A stretch of DNA of 64,000 bases from Macrostomum hystrix (taxonomy: Eukaryota > Animalia > Platyhelminthes): NCBI GenBank assembly GCA_950097015.1, contig CATNEN010000001.1, forward strand, positions 6,882,001 through 6,946,000, in the 5' to 3' direction. A program made the position numbers and the translations under genes. This document shows, one piece after another, positions 13,411 through 23,398 of this stretch (positions are counted from its first letter, which is position 1; each line of letters starts with the position of its first letter). The notes beneath the pieces are model-generated. The model saw only the letters and a list, made by a program, of their open reading frames with translations. It was not told the origin of the DNA and searched no databases.

Positions 13411-14873
13411 ATATAAAGAGTTGTAGACCTATTCATACAAGCTGCCATGTGGATAAGTAGAAATTATCTACTTATTTATCTATTTATCTATTTATTTACT
13501 TAAATTATCTATCTACTAGAAGTAGCATATCACAATTTGTTGTTGTTGCCCTAATGACAGAAACTGGTTATACTTGAATAGTACCTATCATTATTTCATC
13601 TGTGCTACATCTAAAGCAGCAAACAAATTAATTGGATACTAAGTATATAGGAAATTATATAATATAATATAAAGCATCACTAGATGTTTAAACTGCCATT
13701 CTTAGAGACCTGAGTATACAAAGCCAATCAGTGACAGCGTCGCCCTGATGACATACAATGCGAAAGACATACAAAATAATAAATAGTCAACCAGTAAAAT
13801 GCTGGATAAATATTTAAAATGCAACACAAATGCACCTAGAAGATATGCACTTCCAGTTTTCATTTAAAAAATAATACAAAAAGGCAGGCAGCATATGTTG
13901 TAGACTAAAAAAGAAGTTGCATCTGTTGTGGGGCTAATTTCTTATTTCTTACTAAACTCAAAACTCAAATAATACCAATCCTACTGCTGTTACCAAAGTT
14001 GTCCTAGGCTTACACAAAATACTATATTTATATCAATCTTATTAATGTTTTTACTTTATTCGCTTTACACACTTTCTTATTTCAAATTGGTAGCATTTAT
14101 GTATCTAATCTGGTAGCGTTATAATATGGCTGACTTCTATTTTATAGTTTTATTCCTATAAGTACTTTGTATCAATCTTATCCATCTTTATCCATCTTTA
14201 TTAGTCTTTATCTGTCTTTAATTTCTTTAATTTAATCTTCAGTTCAATCTTTAGTCCTTCCTTGGGCTTTACCAATGGATCTAGATTTACAGCTTTTTCT
14301 TCACTCTATTTACTTCTCTTTCGCAATGTCTCTTTCTCAAATAACTTCAATATGAACACTTCAAGATTCAAGCTTCTTTTACTTTTGAACTCCTTCTCAA
14401 CCGAGGTTGTCTGAGTTAGTTTTCTCTTTATTTTGCTCGTGTATTTATAGTATATCCTTGCCTCCTCTCCTCTGCGACTTCAGTATAACTATTATATTTT
14501 TGGTGCAGATAAACAAACTTTGCATTAAAACAAAATTTACATAACATTAAAACAAACATATTAAATTTGCGGGAATAGTTTCTAAGAAAATAAAACAATC
14601 GGAAACCCTATTTCAACTGATCTCCCTACTAGACATTTGAAATGCTAGTCATAAGTGAAATCATAAGTGAAAATATGGCTAAAATATAAAAGCAACACAT
14701 GAATTTACACAAAATAGAACACAAAATATATGGCACTAAATGGCTAAAATATAAAAAGAACACAATAAAACACATGAATTTATACAAAATGGAACACAAA
14801 ATATATGGCACTAAATTACAACACAAAACCCTTCACCAAAATGTAAGTCCATAATTGTCTCTCCTTTTCATAC

Positions 14874-15600
14874 TTAGAATGCGCATGGGGCCGGCAGAGC
14901 TCTGTAGTATGGCCAGCCGATCTGCTTGAAGGCCCACCGGAATTCCATATTCGTTACCTTCCGGTGAAGGACCGCCTCGCCTGATGTTGTGCTGCCGTGC
15001 ACGTTGTGCGCCACCGCTTGCAATACCGCGACTGCCTGCTGCTGCAGCAGACTTTTCAGAGCCGTCATGCTCTTCCATATATGTGTCCTTTGCAGATAGG
15101 ACTGCTCATATATATGGAAGGCTACTCTTTCCATATATTCCGTTAAGTCGTGTACCATTTTCTCCTTCCCCTCTTCTTCTGGTGTAGGCTGAGTCGCTTG
15201 CATAGGCTGAAGTACCGTTGGCGTAGATCGTGGCGGCTGCAACACGGATCGTGGCGGCTGCGGCACAGCTTGTGGCGGCTGAGGCACAGCTTGTGGCGGC
15301 TGAGGCACAGCTTGTGGCGACTGAGGCACAGCTTGTGGCGACTGAGGCACAGCTTGTGGCGGCTGAGGCACAGCTTGTGGCGGCTGAGGCACAGCTTGTG
15401 GCGGCTGAGGCACAGCTTGTGGCGGCTGAGGCACAGCTTGTGGCGGCTGAGGCACAGCTTGTGGCGGCTGAGGCACAGCTTGTGGCGACTGAGGCACAGC
15501 TTGTGGCGGCTGAGGCACAGCTTGTGGCGGCTGAGGCACAGCTTGTGGCGACTGAGGCACGGCTCGTGGCGGCTGAGGCCACTCAAAATTCCAATAATAC
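14874..15600 (-). other. Internal ORF of the LTR-like element: 21-bp repeat (PQPPQAV)n followed by a unique C-terminal region
   Basis: ORF 14874..15560 continues into about 120 non-repetitive codons; function unknown. Confidence 0.35.
15228..15580. repeat. 21-bp GC-rich minisatellite (GTGGCGGCTGAGGCACAGCTT)
   Basis: About 16 units read directly. Confidence 0.95.
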
Positions 15601-15971
15601 CAATCCTACTGCTGTTACCAAAGTTGTCCTAGACTTACACAAAATACTATATTTATATCAATCTTATGAATGTCTTTACTTTATTCTTTTTACGCACTTT
15701 CTTATTTCAAATTGGTAGCGTTTATGTATCTAACTAGCTTTTTTTGCCCGTTGTTTTTGGGGCAGAAATTTAAAGCAAAGCAGTAAGCAATTCACGTCTC
15801 TGTATTAACTTTATAGTGAAGGTCACCATTTATTTATTTACTGCATTAATGAAAAGTGAAGAGTTTGTTTAAGGGCGTTTTAAGTAAAAAATAAGTGAAA
15901 AGTTTGTCCAAACAGCCCCCCTCTTGATTACTTCTTTAGAAACATGTCTCTTAGCCACTCCTCTATACAGT

Positions 15972-16246
15972 CAGGTGGCAGATCCAGGAATTTTGTTTTG
16001 GGGCGGTCTGTCAGGGGAGCGCCATGAGAATCACAGAGGGGGTGCCAGCGGCCGAAAAAGGGCGCCAGGAGCCAAGAAAGGGCGCCAGCGGCTGAAAAAC
16101 GGGAGCCAGCGGCTGAAAAAGGGGCGCCAGCGGCCGAAAAGGGGCGCCAGTGCTGCGACTGGCGCCCCTGGTGGGGGCATCTTATTCCCATGATTAAAAT
16201 TTAGGGGGCGACTGCCCCCCCGCCCCCCCCCCTAAATCTGCCTCTG
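15972..16246. mobile_element. hAT-type MITE nested in the Helitron
   Basis: Imperfect TIR CAGGTGGCAGATCCAGG / CCTAAATCTGCCTCTG; 8-bp TSD TATACAGT at 15964-15971 and 16247-16254. Confidence 0.85.
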
Positions 16247-16398
16247 TATACAGTATGCATGTACACGCGTATACATAAGGAAAATAGCCATGGCATAACA
16301 ATAACAATGTCAAAGAAACAAAATTAAACTGTTTCAGAGTTCAGAGTTAGACAGGTCAAGGTCAATTCGTGACTACTTTTCTATTAATTGCTTGCGAG

Positions 16399-17060
16399 TC
16401 ACCTCAAGGCCTGGGGATACACCACATTCTTCGTTCTTCCCCTTGGTGCGAAAATGAATAGGCCAGCTGGAGTTCCAACACGGGAGCAGGCGACATAAAG
16501 CTGCCCATGCGAGAAGCAAGGAGTCTCCAGGTTGATGCCAGCCACCTTCAGCGACTGTCCCTGAGCCTTGTTAATAGTCATCGCAAAGCAGGTGAACTCT
16601 CACAGGGAACTGCAGTCGCTTGAACTGAAATGGCAGGTCCGTGGGGATAATTGGAATCCGGGGAACGAACACAGACTCTCCTCTGCCAGATCCAGTCATT
16701 ATCGTGGCCTCAATCACGTGTGGGAAGAGCCGCCTGACTATCAGTCTGGTGCCGTTACACAGCCTTGGCGCATTCAGGTTGCGGAGGAGCATAATTGGTG
16801 CCCCAACTTTCAGCTGCAAGTTGTGCCATGGAGTTCCAGGAGGATCTAGAGAGTTCAGAAACTCAACAGGATACTCCACAGCGGTGTCATCAGTCAACGT
16901 TGTATCAATTGACTTGTAGGTGAAAACTGCACCTGGCAACTCCTGAAGCAGTTGGTAGTTAATTTCGTTGGCGGCATCATTTCTAGGACACAGAATTGCC
17001 CTCTCTGACAGCCAGTCAAAGTCAGCATATCGAACCATCAGGTTCGGGTAAACTTTTGCC
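16399..17060 (-). pseudogene. Helitron RepHel helicase fragment (frameshifted)
   Basis: Motifs RAILCPRN, LKVGAPIMLLRNL, LCNGTRL, FKRLQFPVR, then a frameshift to TINKAQGQSL...FSHGQLYVACSRV. Confidence 0.92.
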
Positions 17061-19179
17061 TTGAGCTTTTTTGACGATTTTTGAGCAGTTTTTTGCACTT
17101 TTGAGCAGGAAGGAAATGATTTTTCGGGAATTTGAGTAGCCTATTGCACTCAGCGTAGGTGGTTTTAGGTATGTGCAAAGTTTGGTGCGATTTGGTTGAG
17201 CGGTTTCGGCGTCTATAAAGACAAAAGACAGACACTGGGACGCCACCACACTCACCGCACTCAGTCTCAGTGCTGCTTGGGGGCCAGTAGACAGTCTAGG
17301 TGTTTGGGCTGTGTACATTCACGGCTTGAAATACAATGTACAGTCTGGGGCTTCGGCGCCCGGGGAAGGGAGGGGGTGGCTGTAATAAAATTTGGCCCGC
17401 AGAGTGGCGGAGGGGAGTTAAGGTTGGCTGTCCTCGGAAAACAAAAAGTGACTCACTTTGAGATGATGCAGCTTTGCCCTGGATTGAGTAGAGATGTTCA
17501 AAATTGACAGCATTGTTAGAAAACATGTAAAGTGTAAGTGGATCAAATTTGGAGAAAATCTGACAAAGTGGGGCAACGATATGTCGAATAGAGTGATTTT
17601 TTGACGATTTTTGAGCAGTTTTTTGCACTTTTGAGCAGGAAGGAAATGATTTTTCGGGAATTTGAGTAGCCTATTGCACTCAGCGTAGGTGGTTTTAGGT
17701 ATGTGCAAAGTTTGGTGCGATTTGGTTGAGCGGTTTCGGCGTCTATAAAGACAAAAGGTTGCACACAGACAGACAGACAGACAGACAGAGTTTTCACTTT
17801 TATATATATAGATCTGGTAGCGTTATAATATGGCCGACTTCTATTTTACTGTTTTATTCCTATACGTACTTTGTATTAATCTTTATCCGTCTTTATTAGT
17901 CTTTATCCGTCTTTAATTTAATCTTCAGTCCGTCCTTGGGCTTTACCAATGGATCTAGATTTACAGCTTTTTCTTCACTCTATTTACTTCTCTTTCGCAA
18001 TGTCTCTTTCTCAAATAAATTCAATATGAACACTTCAAGATTCAAGCTTCTTCTACTTTTGAACTCCTTCTCAACCGAGGTTGTCCGAGTTAGTTTTCTC
18101 TTTATTTTGCTTTATTTTACTATAAATCATTTATAGTATTTCCTCGCCTCCTCTCATTCCGCGACTTCAGTATAACTATTATATTTTTTGGTGCAGATAA
18201 ACAAACGGTGCATTAAAACAAAATTTACATAACATTAAAACAAACATATTAAATTCGCGGGAACAATTTCTAAGAAAATAAAACAATCGGAAACCCTATT
18301 TCACGTCATTTTTGTGGCACGTGTATATTACACGTTATTATTTTAACAAAGGAATCTGTAACTTACATTTATTAAGATGCATAAAGAATTATCACTTCCA
18401 TGTCTTATATTGTAACTTATTTTACAAAAAAATGCAATTGACATAACGTAAAAAATAGACACTCGTGATAATTACCCTAATGCTTCAACTCTTAAACCTT
18501 CTGCTTGTAAAATACATGGTTGGGCTTCCAATAGCATTGAGTATGGCCAAGAAGTTTCTTCCATGGACTGGGCTGTGACTGTGGCAACTGCTACAGCTGT
18601 TATGGCTACAACAGCTCCTTTGGCTGCAGTGGTGGTCGTATCAGATGGCGACAGATATGTGCCATTTGATGGCAGTGGCAAAGATGACTGTGGTGCTGAT
18701 TTGGCCTCGTGCAAGTATAATTAATTATTATTAGTCTGTTACAAAACTGTCTTTGAGAATTTTCTGTTACAAAATTGGCCATTACTGAATTGTCTTTTAC
18801 CAAACTGTCCTGTCTTGTCCAAAAATGTTAAGTCATGAAATATGTTTTTTTTATTTTTCGAAAAAATCGAGAACACTAGTCACAGTCATACAAAGTTTCA
18901 TTTTAATAAAAGCACAGCTTTCTTTGCATATAAAACCCTGGTAGCTAGGCCTACTGCCTATCACAAACAACTCTAGTTATGCACCCGATTATAGCTATGT
19001 AAACTCGGACTACTCGCAGTAGCTTTATTTAGCCACTGAAAACAAATGTTATTGCAATGATATGTGTTACACTGTTTTTTCAGCAACTACTTATTTCTAG
19101 GCCATTTTATTGTCCGACTTGTACTATCAGTCACATCAGGCAATACTAGATCTGCATTCTGCAATATCAAAAGAAAGAA

Positions 19180-20548
19180 ATGGCTAAAGCAGCAATTCTA
19201 TTGTCAGTCTTTCTGGATATCAGCCGACTGGCATTGGCTATCTACAGTATCTACGTTACACAAATGATTAGTTCTGGTCCTAGCTATAAAGCCCAGTGTG
19301 ACATATCTGACTATGTTAGCTGCTCCAAGACTTTTACATCAAAGTAAGTATTGTCATTACCATTTTTAATTAGTATTACTACCAACCTGTCATCATAGCT
19401 AATACATCTAACTTTTCACCTGTAAAATATTGTAGGTATGGCAAAGGCTTTGGTTTGATTGGCGACTTTCTTGGCGAAAATCACCCTCTTAACCAGCCCA
19501 ATGGTATCTATGGCTCTGTTTTCTACTTTATTCATCTACTGATTGGTGAGTTTTCTAGCTGTTCTGTTAAGTTCTTTCCTAATTTGATTTAGTTAAGAGC
19601 TTTTCTCCCTAGTCATTCAGTGTCAGTAATCACAAAGTGTCCGTAATCATTAATTGTCAATAATGATTCAGTGTCAGTAATCATCCCTAATCATGCAGTG
19701 TCAGTAATCATCCCTAATCATTTCTGGCAGTGTCAGTAACCATCCCTAATCATTTCTAGCAGTGTCAGTAACCATCCCCAATCATTTCTGGCAGTGTCAG
19801 TAATCATCCCTAATCATTTCTGGCAGTGTCAGTAATCATCCCTAATCATTTCTGGCAGTGTCAGTAATCATTCCCAATCATTTCTGGCAGTGTCAGTAAC
19901 CACTCCCAATCATTTCTGGCAGTGTCAGTAACCACTCCCAATCATTTCTGGCAGTGTCAGTAACCATTCCCAATAATTTCTGGCAGTGTCAGTAACCATC
20001 CCCAATCATTTCCGGCAGTGTCAGTAACCATCCCCAATCATTTCTGGCAGTGTCAGTAACCATTCCCAATCATTTCTGGCAGTGTCAGTAACCATTCCCA
20101 ATCATTTCTGGCAGTGTCAGTAACCATCCCCAATCATTTCCGGCAGTGTCAGTAACCATTCCCAATCATTTCTTGCAGTGTCAGTAACCATCCCCAATCA
20201 TTTCTGGCAGTGTCAGTAACCATCCCCAATCATTTCTGGCAGTGTCAGTAACCATCCCCAATCATTTCTGGCAGTGTCAGTAACCATCCCCAATCATTCC
20301 TGGCAGTGCTGTTCTCTCGCGGCAAGCTCGGCCTTCAGATTAGACTAGTGAACTCTGCCGCCTTAACAGTCGGCTGTGGCTGGCTAGCCTACACTCTACT
20401 GTTCGTCATCAAGCACATGTGCATTGTGTGCATTCCAATGTATTGCCTGAATGTGATTTCTCTAATCACGGACGCGTGGCAGTTGAGGTCGCGTTCAGCC
20501 GCTGTTGCCTCCGCCGCTAAAGCCGACGCTTTGAAGAAGAGAAAATAG
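19180..20548 (+). CDS. VKORC1: Vitamin K epoxide reductase (VKORC1/VKORC1L1-like), 3 exons
   Basis: Exons 19180-19343, 19436-19545 and 20307-20548, GT-AG and phase-consistent. Protein has [29 protein letters not shown]...LNQPNGIYG and the CIVC redox motif. Confidence 0.9.
19610..20308 (+). repeat. 32-bp intronic minisatellite (CAGTGTCAGTAACCATCCCCAATCATTTCTGG) whose last unit forms the VKOR exon-3 acceptor
   Basis: About 18 full units plus degenerate 5' units; the array runs into CCTGGCAG|TG at 20306/20307. Confidence 0.95.
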
Positions 20549-21706
20549 ATTCTTCTATCTGTTTACAGTCCGAGTGTCTGGGTTACTTATTTATATTTTG
20601 GCTTGTCTTCATATTTTTTCACTTCAACATGTAGTTTAGTAAGGTGGGGGTCTTTGTTTCATTTTAGAAATTGTGTTGTTTTCGACTTTTTGTGTCTTTA
20701 GCTGCTATATTGTTTTATGTCGCATTGTTTTGCCGCCTTGTGCTTATAAAACTAGCTAAAAATCACCCGTCAATTGTTGTTTGTATTTATTTTCATTTCC
20801 TGCACCGCACCAGATGCAAAAGTAACACAATTATGTTTTTTTAATTGCACTTCATTGTACTTTTGTGGCATGGTCTGTTCGCACTTATTTTTTGCTTAGT
20901 GATTTGAAAATTAATTTCAATTTTAAGAGTTTATGTAGTTTTCATATTCCCGGTACAATATCATTGTTCTTTGTTGTTTGAAAATTTTGAAATAAAAAAA
21001 CTAACTTTTTCAGGAAATTTTTCTCCTAAAACGAATATTAGTTTTTCGCTTACTTTCATCCGGTTGTTTTAAAAGTAACTAAATCAGAGAATTATCCAGA
21101 TATTCAGTTTTTTTCATTTAGAAATTCAGTAGAACTACCAAGAAGGATCCCCCTGACAATTTTTTGTGCTGCACCCGAACGGAACAACACTAGCACACGA
21201 AACTCAAGAACGCGGGCCTACTTTTTCTTGCGCATTTTCTGTCAATTCGCCAGCTCTTCAGACCGTCAAGATATTCAATATTTCTGGCCGAACGTCAGAT
21301 TTTTCCCATAAGCGCTAGTGTGTTTCATACACCCCTGTACACGAATTATTAGCACTGCGCCTCAGTGCGGCCTTGCCAGGTCTTAAAAACTTATCAGCAT
21401 GTCACCCGAATATGCCTGCATCATCTCTGTCTTCGATGGTCACCTACCTTTTATCTAGATGGATTTGCTGGACCTTCAAGGGCTATAACAGGTGAAACTA
21501 GGCCACTACGGGCACCTGACGCGAATTTCTCCAATTTCACTGATCAAGACTAAATATATTAGGCGCAGCCGCGACCACAGTACACCAACGCCTAGTCTGT
21601 CAACCAATCAGTCACCACCAAACACTGTTAGCATTCAGTCGCTGCCAAAAAATTCCGCCCTGGATATTAAAACAAGCGGCAAAATCACTTGGTAGTCCAA
21701 CTTTTA

Positions 21707-22692
21707 CAAGGGGTGTTCCAAAATTACTTTCCCTTTTGAGCATAGCTCAGGATGTAGAGCTCTGATTGCAAAGCGGTTTTCGATGGCTTATAGAACCTTT
21801 TTCTGTGCTTCTTTTGACACCAAACTTATTTAAAAAAGACCTACTTTTACAAAACGCTAGGCGTTTTACTATGGAGATCTAGTGAAAGGTTTACAGAAAC
21901 AACGAACTCAAGAGTCGAGGCACCCAGCGGGCAGAAAGCTTCACCAGACCCAGTTCTTCCGTTAGCACTCGGTAGACAGTTGTTGTGGGAGCATAAGACG
22001 ATCAGAAATCAGGCATACTGTCATCCGTGTATCTTATCATCCTTATCCAGAAGTGCCCAGATGCAAGGGGCAAGGTCTTCGATGAATGGAGCAGTATGGC
22101 GGCCGGAGCGAGGTTGATCACTCAGTTGCTCTCGACCTGCTTGAAAGCGCTCAATCCAATTGCGAACGGTGCGAAGAGTCACTGCTTGATCCTGGTATGC
22201 GGTGACCAAGGCTTGATGAATTAGAATAGCCGACAGGCAATTTTTCCACAGTGAAAAGATGGCAGCTCGCTGTGCTTCGACACTGTGGGCATCCATGGAG
22301 GTGATCCAAACTCCAGATGTCAAAAGAGACAGCAAACTTGTTGATAAGAAATAAGGCTTTTGAAAACACAATACTTGCAGAAAGACTATTGTAATGTTTC
22401 AGCAAAAGCATGTAAAGATTATGGCTAACATTTCCTTTCTTGGGCTTTAAAATTAAAGTCAATACAACACAAGACTTGGTTTTAGGCAGAAAAATCAATC
22501 TTTGTAAACATAATGGTAGGTGTCTATGGCCAATGCCCATATATCTCAGAAACAGCTTTACCGTTTAGCATAAGCTTGGTGTCAAAAGAAGCACAGAAAA
22601 AGGTTCTATAAGCCATCGAAAACCGCTTTGCAATCAGACCTCTACATCCTGAGCTATGCTCAAAGGGGAAAGGACTTTTGGAACACCCCTCG
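21707..22692 (-). mobile_element. Internally deleted mariner element
   Basis: TA TSD; ~125-bp TIRs (CAAGGGGTGTTCCAAAA... / ...TTTTGGAACACCCCTCG). Transposase N-terminal HTH (QRAAIFSLW...TVRNWIERF...DQPRSGR) and a frameshifted LSARWVPRL motif. Confidence 0.92.
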
Positions 22693-22959
22693 TAAAAAGC
22701 ACAAAAGTACAAGAACGAATAGTCTTTTTAACCGAAAATAAAAGCACTTTTTTGTCGAGTTACAAAGTGTACTTTTAGGTAATCACTAGGGTTTAAAGAA
22801 GCGAATAACTATATTGTAATGCAAATCGATATTGCTGAACGAATTTATTAAAGATTATCCACTATGGATTACAAAAACAATGACATTTGTCAGTTGTATG
22901 AATATCCTTCAAAATGAAGGCAAGTTTCTTGCAAATCGTGACATTCCTTCAGAGTAACC

Positions 22960-23108
22960 TACTACGATTCTTCCAGCGTTTCTTGCTACGATTCTTCAAG
23001 CGTTTCTTGCTACGATTCTTCAAGCGTTTCTTGCTACGATTCTTCCAGCGTTTCTTGCTACGATTCTTCAAGCGTTTCTTGCTATGATTCTTCCAGCGTG
23101 TCTTGCTC
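22960..23108. repeat. 24-bp minisatellite (CTACGATTCTTCAAGCGTTTCTTG)
   Basis: About 6 units with a degenerate tail. Confidence 0.85.
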
Positions 23109-23398
23109 ATTTTATTCCTACGATTGTTCTAGCATCGATAGATATTTTCAGAATTTCTCGCTAAGATTCTTTTAATCGTTCCTTAGTACGATTCTTTCTT
23201 GAGTCCACTTTCTACTATCTACTGTGTTTTACTTGCCACGATTCCTGCTTCGACTTGGACTATGGAATCATAGTTCACGATCTTCTTTCGAAACCAATCA
23301 TAACGTGGAAAGGTGCTTCGATGAAAAATGTTTACGTCCTAAAAGTAAGGCATGGTGTGATTAATTTGTCAGAAATATCCCAAAATCAGCTGACCAAA

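Larger units (their letters stand above)
15734..17812 (-). mobile_element. Helitron, internally deleted, with a Pif1-type helicase C-terminal fragment
   Basis: - strand starts TCTATATATATAAAAG and ends ...GCTAG, with a subterminal GCCC...GGGC hairpin. Inserted between A and T with no TSD; the empty site GTATCTAA|TCTGGTAGC survives at ~14101-14117. Internal duplication 17066-17227 / 17596-17757. Confidence 0.93.
13956..18303 (-). mobile_element. Small non-autonomous LTR element (TRIM/LARD-like), apparently in a tandem arrangement
   Basis: Two ~0.6-kb direct repeats: 14000-14615, and 15625-15733 joined to 17813-18303. On the - strand each reads TG...CA with an internal CTATAAAT box and is followed after 4 nt by TGGTAACAGCAGTAGGATT, a tRNA-Leu-type PBS. 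Purine tract AGTAGGGAGA precedes the downstream LTR. No pol sequence. Confidence 0.65.

Noticed and set aside
15230-15718. Coiled-coil ORF (AAEAQLV)n on the + strand
   Set aside because: Antisense reading of the 21-bp repeat inside the LTR-like element; runs into LTR sequence.
18472-18714. 80-aa Ala/Thr-rich ORF
   Set aside because: No recognisable homology or reliable splice/start context.
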